Below are positions 26,098 to 36,817 of a DNA stretch of 64,000 nt, in pieces (positions within the stretch are counted from its first letter, which is position 1; every line of letters starts with the position of its first letter). This DNA comes from a bacterium (GTDB lineage Bacteria > Patescibacteriota > JABMPQ01 > JBDRIV01), in NCBI GenBank assembly GCA_043815505.1, contig JBDRIV010000002.1:246943-310942 (forward strand), given 5' to 3'. The position numbers and the translations under genes were made by a program. The notes below the pieces were generated by a model, which worked only from the letters and a program-made list of their open reading frames with translations, was not told the origin of the DNA and did no database searches.

Positions 26098-27420
26098 TTA
26101 AGATTCAATACCCTTTATTTTGCCAAATAACGAAAGGGGCAAAGCTTTTGTAACTAGGATGTTTTGCCAACTACCAACTAATTTTGGGAAGCCTTCAAAT
26201 TGAATTGATTTAAAATTCTGAGTCTTTCCTTGTAATAAAACTTGACCATTTTTATGTTTAGCCATTTCTACCAGAACTTTGAATTCTTTTCCCACATAGC
26301 TTTTATTAATTTCGAAGGCATGTTTTTTTAAAACTTTGGTTAACTCCAATTCTCTTCTCTTTTTCTCTTCTTTAGAAACATCATCGGGAAATACTTTAGC
26401 TGAAGCCGTTCCGGGGCGAGGGGAATACATGGCTGTATAAGCCATATCAAATTTAACATTATTAAAAAGCTTTAAGGAATCCTCGAATTCCTTTTTAGTT
26501 TCCCCAGAAAAGCCAACAATTAAATCGGTAGAGAGATTGAGATTGGGAATTTGTTTTTTAAGTATTTTCACAATTTCTAAATAGTGTTCTATAGTATATC
26601 GTCTGTTCATTCTATGAAGTACGTTGTTGTTTCCAGCTTGAACTGGAAGATGAACAAAATTACCAATTTTAGGTTCAGTTGCAATAATATCAATGAGTTC
26701 ATCGGAGAAATAATTGGGATGAGAGGTGAAAAAGCGAATCCAATAGTCACCAGAAAATTTTGTACAAGCTTTAAACAAATCGGCTAGGTTTTCAAGGGAG
26801 CTATTTTTATCAGGATTCTCATATTTATCTATTGTTTGCCCCAGCAGTGTAATCTCCTTATAACCTTTTTTCACTAAATCTTCAAATTCAGCAAGAATTT
26901 CAGATGCGGGACGAGAAACCTCGCGACCACGAGTAAAAGGAACGGCACAATATGTACAAAACTGATCACAACCGGTCATGATGGGCAAATAGGCTTGAAA
27001 AGAAGATTTATATTTAGGAAATATTTTAAAATAATCAGAATCGGGATTTATATCATCAAATGTATCAGTTAGCTTGGAGAGAGAGGTGGGAAGAGAGGGT
27101 ATGTCTTTAATGTCCAAAATAATATCAAAATTGCTTTTCATTTTTACTTTGTCAGTTGGTAGAACACAACCAGAAAGAATTGTTATGAGTTCACGGCGAC
27201 GTCGACGCTTCTGCCAATTTCTAGATTTGCCAACAATTCTATCAACTGCTTTCTGACGGACTGAGCAGGCGATAACCACAATAATACCAGCCTCTTTTTC
27301 TGAGGTGGTTTTAGAATAACCTATTTGTTCAAGCAAAGAGGAAATTCGTTCGGCATCAGACTCATTCATTTGACATCCTAGCGTAAATAGGTAATATTGC
27401 TTAGATAATTGCTTTTGCAT
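26098..27420 (-). CDS. miaB: tRNA-2-methylthio-N6-dimethylallyladenosine synthase
   Basis: LGCQMNESD, radical SAM CDQFCTYC, TRAM domain; near miaA. Confidence 0.93.
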   Translation of the reverse strand: MQKQLSKQYYLFTLGCQMNESDAERISSLLEQIGYSKTTSEKEAGIIVVIACSVRQKAVDRIVGKSRNWQKRRRRRELITILSGCVLPTDKVKMKSNFDIILDIKDIPSLPTSLSKLTDTFDDINPDSDYFKIFPKYKSSFQAYLPIMTGCDQFCTYCAVPFTRGREVSRPASEILAEFEDLVKKGYKEITLLGQTIDKYENPDKNSSLENLADLFKACTKFSGDYWIRFFTSHPNYFSDELIDIIATEPKIGNFVHLPVQAGNNNVLHRMNRRYTIEHYLEIVKILKKQIPNLNLSTDLIVGFSGETKKEFEDSLKLFNNVKFDMAYTAMYSPRPGTASAKVFPDDVSKEEKKRRELELTKVLKKHAFEINKSYVGKEFKVLVEMAKHKNGQVLLQGKTQNFKSIQFEGFPKLVGSWQNILVTKALPLSLFGKIKGIES

Positions 27421-27487
27421 CCCGGTAGTACAATTAATACTAAATAAATATAAAACTTTGTAATTTACCCCGGATTGTACTACCGGG
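27421..27487 (-). mobile_element. Family A element (copy 5, before miaB)
   Basis: CAT|CCCGGTAGTACAA...TTGTACTACCGGG|CAT on the + strand. Confidence 0.8.
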
Positions 27488-27538
27488 CATAAGTAGAAGT
27501 AAGTTTATCACATATAAGCGAACAAGCAACGCGCACTG

Positions 27539-27567
27539 TTGACTAGGATTTGATATTATGCTATAAT
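27539..27567 (+). promoter_or_regulatory. Sigma70-type promoter (extended -10)
   Basis: TTGACT-17nt-TATAAT with TGn. Confidence 0.7.
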
Positions 27568-27628
27568 TAGTACAGATAATCCTGCAGTGCCAGGATTCTT
27601 ATTTTTAAGGGAATATCCCTTAAAAAAG

Positions 27629-27733
27629 CCCAGTAGTACAACAAAAAGAGATAATTATTGTTAAAATTAGAAGATTTAATTATCTTAGGTTTATAGAAAA
27701 CATTAATAAATCAATTTGGTTGTACTATCTAGG
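27629..27733 (+). mobile_element. Family A element (copy 6, degenerate right end)
   Basis: AAG|CCCAGTAGTACAAC...GTTGTACTATCTAGG; ends 23 nt before the ATG at 27757. Confidence 0.6.
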
Positions 27734-27756
27734 AAACCAATATATAACAAAATATT

Positions 27757-29268
27757 ATGCCAATAAACCCGTTTTCAGGAAATAGAGGTGGTGGAGCTAT
27801 TCGCCCTGGACAACCAATCCAAGGTGGTAGTTTTGGTAATTCAGATAATAAAAAGAAGGATGATATTGATAAAGAGCCAGGTTCCGTTATTGGTTCTACG
27901 CAAGTAATGCCAGGTTTGGGTAGTGCACCTCAATCACAACCTGAGAAAAAGACAGCTAGAAGTTTTAATTTTGGTCAGTTTGGTCATAAAGATAAAAAGG
28001 ATGATCAACCAAATTTCAAACCTAAAGCCGCTTTTAATTTGCCTAAAAAAGAAATTCCAACAAGTCCACCAGTGAAACCACAAGAACCTTCTTCTCCAAA
28101 GAAGTCTTCGGGGCTAGGAAAAACTCTTTTAACAATACTAATAATTGTTGCTTTACTGGCTGGCTTTGTTTATTTATGGTTTGACCTAAGCAGTTTGAAG
28201 AATAATTTGGATATAGATAGTATTAAGGAATTAAATAAGGTTACTGCCGAATTAAGAGATAATATTGAATCTCTAACAACTTCTGCTGAACTTGATAATC
28301 GAATAGATCAATTGGAAGGAGATATGGATAATGTAAAAGAAGCATTAGGTGACACTTCTGAAGATAGTTTAGCTAGCGTAATCGCTTTGCTTAAACAATA
28401 TGACACCGACGGTGATGGTTTGAATGATTATGAAGAACAAGTTACTTATAGAACTGATATAAATAATAAAGACACCGACGGTGATGGTTATGAAGACGGT
28501 GTGGAAGTTGACAATGGCTATAATCCTAATGGCGAAGGTCGTTTGGATGAAGGAACAGAAGAAAACAACACTGAGGAAAATGAAGATACCGATGCAGCCA
28601 CAGCTGCCAGAACTGCATATGAAAATTTTATGGATTACAGACGTCAGCAAAAGCAAACTGAAACAGAAAATTTAATGACAGTAGCTGCTTTAGAGGCAAT
28701 TTCCGACAATGATTCTTTATATGGTCCAGGCAACGGTGTTACCTTTGCTGAATATGAAATAACTTCGGCTGTAGGTGAAAGTAAAACAAAAGCTAAATTT
28801 ATTGCGAAAGAATATTTATCAAATGCTTCCGATGCCGAAGATTATGAGTTGCACGAAACTACTTTAGAGAAAATAAATGGTTCTTGGCTGGTTACAAATT
28901 ATAATGAAGAGGCTATAGAAAAAACAACTCAAAGTGAAAGTGCTGTTGTGCAAGAACAGACAAGTAAGTTTATGAATGCGCGTATGGTTTCCAATCGCGC
29001 TACTGCTTTAGAATTTTTGACCGATGCAGCTAAGAACAAATATCAGTTTTCTGATATTTTACTTGGTCAGTCTGATCCGCATTATGAATCATACCGAATT
29101 ATGAAAATTGAAAATTCTGGCAATAACAAATATACTATAAATATTGAAATAAGTGAGGCTTCAAATGGAACGGTAACAAGAACTTTTGAAGAAACTTTAT
29201 CTGTAGAATTAGTTTCATCTGAGTGGTTGGTCAGTGCCATAAGTGGTAATATATATGATGCCAGCTAA
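27757..29268 (+). CDS. Membrane-anchored protein with DxDGDG Ca-binding (TSP3-like) repeats
   Basis: Disordered N-terminus, one TM, coiled coil, DTDGDGL/DTDGDGY, two similar C-terminal domains ending WLV. Confidence 0.7.
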   Translation: MPINPFSGNRGGGAIRPGQPIQGGSFGNSDNKKKDDIDKEPGSVIGSTQVMPGLGSAPQSQPEKKTARSFNFGQFGHKDKKDDQPNFKPKAAFNLPKKEIPTSPPVKPQEPSSPKKSSGLGKTLLTILIIVALLAGFVYLWFDLSSLKNNLDIDSIKELNKVTAELRDNIESLTTSAELDNRIDQLEGDMDNVKEALGDTSEDSLASVIALLKQYDTDGDGLNDYEEQVTYRTDINNKDTDGDGYEDGVEVDNGYNPNGEGRLDEGTEENNTEENEDTDAATAARTAYENFMDYRRQQKQTETENLMTVAALEAISDNDSLYGPGNGVTFAEYEITSAVGESKTKAKFIAKEYLSNASDAEDYELHETTLEKINGSWLVTNYNEEAIEKTTQSESAVVQEQTSKFMNARMVSNRATALEFLTDAAKNKYQFSDILLGQSDPHYESYRIMKIENSGNNKYTINIEISEASNGTVTRTFEETLSVELVSSEWLVSAISGNIYDAS

Positions 29269-29309
29269 GAGCTCGTTTGAGAAATAGGTTTTCACGAACT
29301 CTAAATATC

Positions 29310-30257
29310 ATGACAGACAAACCAAACAACAATCCATTAAACAATGCTGCGCCGCCGTCAAATCTACCAATTGATGAGGGGCGTAATTTGAATAAAGAAG
29401 AAAAACCTCAATCAATACCAAATAATATTCCCGAACCGAATAAAAACAATGAAAATCCTAAAGATAATTTTCGTCAGATTCCTGTTAAAGGAGAATACAA
29501 AATTCTTCGTCCTGCCAATGTTCCACAAACTCCTTTTTCTAAAGTTGTTAAAGCTGACGATAAACCTATTCAAGCTAAATTTGGTCAAGGGGAACTTAAA
29601 AAGACCCACAAAGGACTATTTCGAAATATAGCATTATTGGTGGTAGCAATTCTAATCATTTTTGGCTTAATTGCTAGTTTTAGGTCTTTCTATCCTAAAT
29701 ATATTCAACCTATGTTTTCTGATTTACCATCCATTTTTGGTGGTAATTCTGAAAATTCAACTGAAGAAACTCCAACAGAAACTGCAACTGAAGAAACACC
29801 GGTTGTTAATAATGAAGGCGATGATGATAATGATGGTTTATTAAACGAAGAAGAAACACAATATAAAACTGACCCCAATGACCCAGACTCCGATAATGAT
29901 ACTTTACTTGATGGTTGGGAAGTATTCTATGATTTAGATCCTAAATCTGCTAAAGATGCCGATTCTGATAAGGATAATGACGGATTAACTGCCATTAAAG
30001 AATCACAAAACGGAACGGATCCGACTGATTCTGACTCCGATAATGATAAACTTCCCGATGGCTATGAAGTTGAACAAGGTTTGGATCCTTTAAGTGATTC
30101 CAACACTGATGCTGATGATGACGATGATGGATTAAAAAATGCCCAAGAATATATTTTTGGCACTGATCCAACAAATCCCGATACTGATGGTGATGGTTTT
30201 GAGGATGGACAAGAAGTTTTCTATGGCTTTAATCCTAATGGGGAGGGGAATTTGTAA
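29310..30257 (+). CDS. Membrane-anchored protein with multiple TSP3-like (DxDxDG..D..E) repeats
   Basis: One TM then DPNDPDSDND/DTDGDGFEDGQE repeats. Confidence 0.75.
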   Translation: MTDKPNNNPLNNAAPPSNLPIDEGRNLNKEEKPQSIPNNIPEPNKNNENPKDNFRQIPVKGEYKILRPANVPQTPFSKVVKADDKPIQAKFGQGELKKTHKGLFRNIALLVVAILIIFGLIASFRSFYPKYIQPMFSDLPSIFGGNSENSTEETPTETATEETPVVNNEGDDDNDGLLNEEETQYKTDPNDPDSDNDTLLDGWEVFYDLDPKSAKDADSDKDNDGLTAIKESQNGTDPTDSDSDNDKLPDGYEVEQGLDPLSDSNTDADDDDDGLKNAQEYIFGTDPTNPDTDGDGFEDGQEVFYGFNPNGEGNL

Positions 30258-30357
30258 GATGTAACCCAGCACTTTCTAAAATAAAACGACAATATGATAA
30301 AAAATGTACTAGATTAGTACATTTTTATTGTTTAGAATCTACAAGAAAGGCTGGGTT

Positions 30358-32127
30358 TTATTCTCTATTATCCCTTTCTTTTACAACTTCTTTCACAAAC
30401 GAGGTTGTTTTTTTAATTCCAATGTCACCATCTTGCAAATGACGAACGGCCACAGAATCAGCTTTCATTTCTTTCTCGCCAACAATCAACATATAGGGAA
30501 TTTTGGCCAGTTCCGCTTCACGAATTTTCTTGCCTAAAGATTCTGAGCGATCATCAATTTCTACTCGCAAATTTTCTTTCACAAATTTCTCTTTTACTTT
30601 CTTGGTATAATCATTAAACTTGTCTGAAATTGGAATTATTTGAATCTGAACAGGGGACAGCCACAAGGGAAAAGCTCCACCAAAGTGTTCTATCATAATA
30701 CCAATAAATCTTTCCAAGGAACCAAGAATTCCGCGATGAATCATAATCGGACGAACTTCCTTGTTTTTATCGTCGGTATATTTAAGTCTAAATCTTTCTG
30801 GCAAACTGTAATCAATTTGAATTGTTGTTAGTTGCCATTCTCGACCCAGAACATCAGTTACCAGAAAATCTATTTTTGGTCCGTAGAAGGCTGCCTCACC
30901 AAGAATTTCCTCAGATTGCAATTCGTTATTTTTCACAGCCTCACGTAAATCGTTTTCTGCTTTTTCCCAGAGCTTATCATCACCAATATAGTTCTTCTTA
31001 TTTTTAGGATCGCGCAAACTTAAAGTCACTCTGAAATTTGTGAATTGCAAAGCTTTATAAGTATCTTTCGTTATTTTTATTAGATCGTTTAATTCATTTT
31101 GCAGCTGATCAGGTGAAACAAAATGATGAGCATCATCAATAGTAATGCTGCGCACTCGAGTTAAACCGGAAAGTTCACCAGATTTTTCGTTGCGATAAAC
31201 TGTGCCAAATTCTGCCAAGCGCAAAGGAAGTTCACGGTAGGATCTTTTCTGTGACTTATAAATTTCAATATGATGAGGGCAGTTCATTGGTTTTAGCATC
31301 AGTTCTTCACCATCAACCTTAATGGGTGGAAACATGGTGTCAGAATATTTTTGGTAATGTCCGGAAGTTTTATAAAGTTCTAAATTTCCCACGTGCGGAG
31401 TGGTAACAAATTTATAATCTTGCTGCAAGAGTTGTTCTCGCATCAGTTTTTCTAACTCTTGGCGAATTATTGTTCCTTTAGGAGTTAGAAGGGGGAAGCC
31501 AGAACCGACATTTTTAGAAAGCACAAACAAATTTAATTCTTTGCCCAGTTTTCTGTGGTCTCGCTTTTTGGCTTCAGCTAGAAGTTCTAAGTGTTTTTTC
31601 AGCTCCTTATCCGTAGCAAAAGCGACGCCGTAAATTCTTTGTAACATTGGCTTATTTTCATCACCGCGCCAATAAGCACCACTAATTTTTGTGAGTTTAA
31701 AAGCCTTAATTTCGCCAGTAGAATCTAAATGTGGTCCGCGACATAGATCAACAAAATTACCAGTTTTATAAACAGAAACTTTCTTCTCACCCAACTTACT
31801 TAGTTCCTCAATTAGTTCAACTTTGTAATTTTGGGAAGCTTCAGAAAATAATTTTTTTGCTTCTGCTATAACAACTTCTTCTTTATCAAAAGGATGATTA
31901 CCGCCGATAAGTTTTTTCATTTTCTTTTCTAAAATGGGCAAGTCTTCGGGAATCAAAGTTCGGGGCAAATCAAAATCATAATAAAAACCATTGTCTATTA
32001 TTGGACCAGTGCCAATTTTAGCTTCAGGAAACATTTGCAAAACTGCAGCTGCCAAAACGTGCGCGGTTGAATGGCGCATAATTTCAATTTTATTCATCTT
32101 TTTTGGACTTGGGTCTATTTCTGACAT
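30358..32127 (-). CDS. thrS: Threonine-tRNA ligase (short form lacking N-terminal TGS)
   Basis: RHSTAH, DLCRGPH, KPMNCP, GEAAFYGPK, HRGILGSLERF. Confidence 0.98.
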   Translation of the reverse strand: MSEIDPSPKKMNKIEIMRHSTAHVLAAAVLQMFPEAKIGTGPIIDNGFYYDFDLPRTLIPEDLPILEKKMKKLIGGNHPFDKEEVVIAEAKKLFSEASQNYKVELIEELSKLGEKKVSVYKTGNFVDLCRGPHLDSTGEIKAFKLTKISGAYWRGDENKPMLQRIYGVAFATDKELKKHLELLAEAKKRDHRKLGKELNLFVLSKNVGSGFPLLTPKGTIIRQELEKLMREQLLQQDYKFVTTPHVGNLELYKTSGHYQKYSDTMFPPIKVDGEELMLKPMNCPHHIEIYKSQKRSYRELPLRLAEFGTVYRNEKSGELSGLTRVRSITIDDAHHFVSPDQLQNELNDLIKITKDTYKALQFTNFRVTLSLRDPKNKKNYIGDDKLWEKAENDLREAVKNNELQSEEILGEAAFYGPKIDFLVTDVLGREWQLTTIQIDYSLPERFRLKYTDDKNKEVRPIMIHRGILGSLERFIGIMIEHFGGAFPLWLSPVQIQIIPISDKFNDYTKKVKEKFVKENLRVEIDDRSESLGKKIREAELAKIPYMLIVGEKEMKADSVAVRHLQDGDIGIKKTTSFVKEVVKERDNRE

Positions 32128-33270
32128 TTATTTAACTTTAATATCAATATGATCTTCTAAGGTAGGAACTGTTTTTACCCAGAAAGGGGAGAAAGATACT
32201 TCAATATCTTTTATATCCTTGTACTCTTCATAATACTGTTTTATTTCCATTTCGTTAAGGCCTTTAAGCTTTTCTTTTTCAAACAACTGATTGGAAAGCT
32301 TAGCAATTACATCAGCCGTTAAGGTGGCTTCAACTTTAGCTGTTCCGGCCACTAAATCATAGTCGGTAATTTTATAGGTAAAACTATCATCTTGAATTTG
32401 GACCAATTCTTGGTCAGCAGGAATAGAGGCTTCTAAATTATTTTTGGCATATTCTTTTAGAGTTTCTTCATCGTAAGTAATAACGGTGATTTTGGCTTTA
32501 ACTGTAACATCGAAAGTATCTGCTTCAGTATCCTTAGGTACACTAAATTCCTTAGAAATAAGCTCTTTTTGCGCTTCTACTTCAAATATTGCTTCACCCG
32601 ATTTTAAGTCTTTAGAGAGTTCTTTGATGGCATCTGTAGCTGCCTGATCGAGTGCTTCTTCTTCACCACGAGCCATTTCTTTTTCCGTTACAACTTTGGC
32701 TTCGCGGTAACCGCCGGTGGTAGCAGTTTTAGTTTCTCCATAAATTTTTTTTTGCCAATCGGGGAAGAGTTTTATGATATTAAATCTTTGGGGATCCAAA
32801 TTTCCTGTTTTTCCCGGTTGATCAGCTGTGATGTCTACTGTAACTTCTTCACCGGCTTTAGCAACAATGCGCTCGTCAGTTCTAAACAAAACATTATTTT
32901 CTGACATTAATTGCGAATTAGGAAGTAGAGGTTGGTCTTTATCACGCTTATTATAAATAGTAATTGTACCGGTGGCTTTTTCATCAAGGCCAATAGTTTC
33001 TACATTATTTACTGTGTAGGTGGATTTAACTTCAGTGGTAAGAACTCGGCCGGTAATAGTAACTCCCAGTTGTTCGGAATCATTTATATTATCTGGTGCA
33101 ATCATAGCATTAAAAGAACTTGTTAAAGTATCGTCTTGAGGAACAAGATTAATAGCTGCCCTAGAAAAAGAAGCATAAATTACAAAAGCAATTAAAAGAA
33201 GACTAGCGAGCACAAAAAATACAAGCAGCTTTTTATATGATTTACCGGTTTCGATTTTTCCTATATACAT
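32128..33270 (-). CDS. Single-TM protein with baseplate J/gp47-like domain (CPR-type)
   Basis: ATGTITIYN..., ADQPG..GN, TTGG, FSPFW..TVP. Confidence 0.6.
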   Translation of the reverse strand: MYIGKIETGKSYKKLLVFFVLASLLLIAFVIYASFSRAAINLVPQDDTLTSSFNAMIAPDNINDSEQLGVTITGRVLTTEVKSTYTVNNVETIGLDEKATGTITIYNKRDKDQPLLPNSQLMSENNVLFRTDERIVAKAGEEVTVDITADQPGKTGNLDPQRFNIIKLFPDWQKKIYGETKTATTGGYREAKVVTEKEMARGEEEALDQAATDAIKELSKDLKSGEAIFEVEAQKELISKEFSVPKDTEADTFDVTVKAKITVITYDEETLKEYAKNNLEASIPADQELVQIQDDSFTYKITDYDLVAGTAKVEATLTADVIAKLSNQLFEKEKLKGLNEMEIKQYYEEYKDIKDIEVSFSPFWVKTVPTLEDHIDIKVK

Positions 33271-33279
33271 ATGTTTATT

Positions 33280-36200
33280 TTACGATACTGTGCCCTGCCC
33301 GACAACCACCTCAATATTTTTAATCAATTCATCGTTGCGGTTGATGGCGAGCGAAGTAGTAACTTCTTTATACTTACCATTTTTCGTAGGAATTTTCAAA
33401 ATTACAGGTTGTTCACCAGGGTAACGTTGCAGAATCTCTTTCAGTTGATAAAAAGTGTCTTTTTTAGTGTAAGGGGGGACGGTAATTTGCAGAGGGTCGC
33501 CACCAGTGGCACTAATAGGTCGGGGATTGTTATTTGCAGAGTGAGAATAGGAAGGGATATTGGAATCAAAGGAAAAACCTCTTTTTTCATCCTGGATTTC
33601 TTCCGTAGTTAAAACTTTAACTTTATTAGCTAGAATTTTAGGTATAGAATCACGAGCGGAAATTTTTCCAGAAACCATGACAAAATTATCTTCTTGCCAA
33701 ACATTAGGAGTTTCCGCATAGAGATTAGGGAAAACCACAATTTCTATGGCTGAAGTAGGATCTTCAATGGTAACAAAAATCATTGGGTCACCCTTTTTAG
33801 TTACAATTCTCTGAACAGTAGTAATTAATCCTCCCACTACCAATTCGCGCGCCCCTTTTACTTCCTGCTTAATTATATTGTTTAGCGGTGTGGTGTATTT
33901 ATCTAAAAATGGCTTAAATTCTGATGTTGGATGTTCCGTTACATATAAACCGAGCAATTCTTTTTCCCAATTTAGGCGTTGTCTTTTGGGCGCGTGGGGT
34001 GCATCAGCTAGTTGTAATTTAGGAATTTCGGATTGGCCAGTTAAAGCAAAAATAGTTTCTTGGCCTGATTCCTTATCCTTATGAATTTGTTTAGAATATT
34101 TTAAAATTCTGTCCATATTTTCCAGCATTTGATTGCGTCGACCAAAAAAATCCATGGTCCCACATTTAATTAAACTTTCCAGCGATTTTTTATTGATAGC
34201 TTCGGGTGGAATACGATGTAAAAATTCTTCTAAATTGGCAAATTGTTTTTCTTTTCTTTCATCAACAATTATATCCACCAAATTGTGACCAACATTTTTT
34301 ACAGCATCCAAACCGAAACGAATTCCTTCTTTTCCTTCCTTAGTTTCTATGACAGTAAAACCACCATAACTTTCATTAACATTTGGGGGGAGAACAGATA
34401 TTCCCATTTGTTCACATTCATTTACTTCAATAGCGACGCGGTCAATATTTTCTTGGTCAGAAGTTAAAAGTGAAGCCATAAATTCAGTAGGGAAGTTGGC
34501 TTTTAAATATGCTGTTTGGTAGGCAATCATGGCATAACAGGCAGCGTGAGCACGATTGAAGCCGTAACCAGCAAACGGTTCAATAAAAGCAAAAACTTTT
34601 TCTGCCACCGATTTATCCACACCATTATTTATACAACCGGAAATGAATTTAACTTTTTGTTCAGCTAAAAGTGAAGCAATCTTTTTACCAACCGCTTTAC
34701 GTAAAATGTCAGCTTCCCCAAGTGAGAAGCCAGCCAAGTCTCGGGCAATCTGCAAAACTTGCTCCTGATAAACAGCTACACCATATGTTGGTTCCAAAAT
34801 TGGTTTTAATTTTTCGTGTAAATATGAGGCCGAGCGCTTCCCGTGTTTACCGGAAATGTAATCGGGAATCAATTCCATTGGACCTGGCCGGTAAAGGGCT
34901 ACCATGGCAATAATATCTTCAATATCAGTTGGTTTAAGTTGTTTCAAATATCTTTTCATTCCAGCTGACTCCAATTGAAACACACCAGTAGTCAAAGCTT
35001 TTTTAAGCAGCTGATAAGTTATTTTATCATCCAGGGGAATATTATCTAAATCAATATCAACGTCTTTGTTGCGTTTAATAATTTTTAAAGTTCTATCAAC
35101 AATAGTTAAGTTTTTCAGTCCCAAGAAATCCATTTTCAAGAGTCCCATATCTTCTACCGGATGCAGAGAAAATTGAGTAACGATGGTTTTGTCGCTAGCT
35201 GAAGCATATTGGCGGGGCATGTAAGTATCAATCGGATCTTTGGTAATAACGACGCCACAAGCATGAGTTGAGGCATGACGAGCCACACCCTCAAGTTTTT
35301 TCGCCAGATCCAGTAGTCTTTTAGCTTGAGGATCAGTTTCGTACATATCTTTCAATTCGGGAACAGTTTCTAAGGCTTTAGCTAAGCTGGAAAACATTGG
35401 GATGAGTTTGGCAACTTTGTCGCAATAAGCATAAGGATAAGCCAAAACACGTCCAGTGTCGCGCACCGCAGCTCTAGCCGCCATAGTTCCAAAAGTTATA
35501 ATTTGTGCCACCTTGTCACTACCATATTTTTCGGAAACATAATCAATAACTTCGTCGCGGCGATCATCAGCAAAATCAATATCAATATCAGGCATAGAAA
35601 TTCTTTCTGGATTCAAAAAACGCTCAAAAACCAAATTGTATTTTATGGGATCGATGTTGGTAATGTTCAAAAGATAGGCGACAATACTACCAGCAGCAGA
35701 TCCTCGTCCCGGTCCCACCACAATACCATTATTTTTAGCAAAGTTAACGAAGTCAGAAACAATTAAAAAGTAGTCAGCATAACCAGTTTTGGCAATAACT
35801 CCCATTTCGTACTCAAAACGGTCCAAGATTTCTTGTTTATCCTTTTTTTGTTCTTCGGATAAATCTTTTCCTGGAAACAAATCAGGAAACCTAATTGGCA
35901 AAGCTTCTTCGCAAACTTGGCGCAAATATCCTTCATGATCATCTCCGGGAACTTCAAAATGAGGTAGTTTTATTTTTCCCAGTTCAATTTCCAAATTACA
36001 CATCTCTGTAATTTTTTGGGTATTGGCAATGGCTTCGGGCAAATCAGAAAAAAGTTCTTGCATTTCCTCCTCAGACTTTAAATCCAAATCTGATTCCATC
36101 ATTGTTAAACGATTTTGCTCATTTACTGTTCTTTGGGTTTGAATGCAAACTAAAATATCTTGTACTTCTTTGTCGGCGGGGCGCAAATAGTGAACATCGT

Positions 36201-36813
36201 TAGTGGCAACTAGGGGAATTTCTAATTCCTTAGATAGTTTTACCAATTGCTGATTAATATTTTGTGAGAGTTCATCATTAGTATGTCGCTGGATTTCAAT
36301 AAAAAAAGAATCTTTGCCAAAAATGTTTTGCAGTTCTAAAGCTTTATTTTGAGCTGCTTCCTCATCATCTTTATGAAAAGTTTGACTTAAGGGACCTTGT
36401 AAACATCCTGACAAAGCGATTAAGCCTTCACTATGTTCTTTTATTAATTCCATATCAATTCGAGGTTTGTAATAAAATCCCTCCAAATGAGCAATGGTAG
36501 TTAGTTTAACTAAATTTTTATAACCGGTTTCATTTTTACAAAGAAGAGTAAGGTGATAAGGAGAGGAGTCTAATTTGGAGGATTTTGATAAATGGCTTCC
36601 TTTAGTTAAATAAATTTCAGAGCCAATTATTGGTTTGATATTTTTTTCCTGGCAGGCTTGATAAAATTCGATGGCCGAATACATGTTGCCATGTTCTGTT
36701 AAAGCTAACGCTTTAAAACCCTGATCTTTGGCATAGGAAACTAACTCCCCAATTTTGGGGAGTCCATCTAATAAACTGTAATGACTGTGAACGTGAAGGT
36801 GGGTGAAGGGCAT
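33280..36813 (-). CDS. dnaE: DNA polymerase III alpha subunit
   Basis: HLHVHSHYSLLDG PHP domain, GPGRGSAAGS, MPDIDIDF, GYGFNRAH. Confidence 0.98.
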   Translation of the reverse strand: MPFTHLHVHSHYSLLDGLPKIGELVSYAKDQGFKALALTEHGNMYSAIEFYQACQEKNIKPIIGSEIYLTKGSHLSKSSKLDSSPYHLTLLCKNETGYKNLVKLTTIAHLEGFYYKPRIDMELIKEHSEGLIALSGCLQGPLSQTFHKDDEEAAQNKALELQNIFGKDSFFIEIQRHTNDELSQNINQQLVKLSKELEIPLVATNDVHYLRPADKEVQDILVCIQTQRTVNEQNRLTMMESDLDLKSEEEMQELFSDLPEAIANTQKITEMCNLEIELGKIKLPHFEVPGDDHEGYLRQVCEEALPIRFPDLFPGKDLSEEQKKDKQEILDRFEYEMGVIAKTGYADYFLIVSDFVNFAKNNGIVVGPGRGSAAGSIVAYLLNITNIDPIKYNLVFERFLNPERISMPDIDIDFADDRRDEVIDYVSEKYGSDKVAQIITFGTMAARAAVRDTGRVLAYPYAYCDKVAKLIPMFSSLAKALETVPELKDMYETDPQAKRLLDLAKKLEGVARHASTHACGVVITKDPIDTYMPRQYASASDKTIVTQFSLHPVEDMGLLKMDFLGLKNLTIVDRTLKIIKRNKDVDIDLDNIPLDDKITYQLLKKALTTGVFQLESAGMKRYLKQLKPTDIEDIIAMVALYRPGPMELIPDYISGKHGKRSASYLHEKLKPILEPTYGVAVYQEQVLQIARDLAGFSLGEADILRKAVGKKIASLLAEQKVKFISGCINNGVDKSVAEKVFAFIEPFAGYGFNRAHAACYAMIAYQTAYLKANFPTEFMASLLTSDQENIDRVAIEVNECEQMGISVLPPNVNESYGGFTVIETKEGKEGIRFGLDAVKNVGHNLVDIIVDERKEKQFANLEEFLHRIPPEAINKKSLESLIKCGTMDFFGRRNQMLENMDRILKYSKQIHKDKESGQETIFALTGQSEIPKLQLADAPHAPKRQRLNWEKELLGLYVTEHPTSEFKPFLDKYTTPLNNIIKQEVKGARELVVGGLITTVQRIVTKKGDPMIFVTIEDPTSAIEIVVFPNLYAETPNVWQEDNFVMVSGKISARDSIPKILANKVKVLTTEEIQDEKRGFSFDSNIPSYSHSANNNPRPISATGGDPLQITVPPYTKKDTFYQLKEILQRYPGEQPVILKIPTKNGKYKEVTTSLAINRNDELIKNIEVVVGQGTVS

Positions 36814-36817
36814 AATA

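Noticed and set aside
30299-30326. AAAAATGTACT...AGTACATTTTT as a family A copy
   Set aside because: Lacks the CCCRG ends; better explained as a bidirectional terminator between convergent genes.
32128-33270. Baseplate J-like gene as a prophage
   Set aside because: Has an N-terminal TM, sits between dnaE and thrS, and no other phage genes are nearby.
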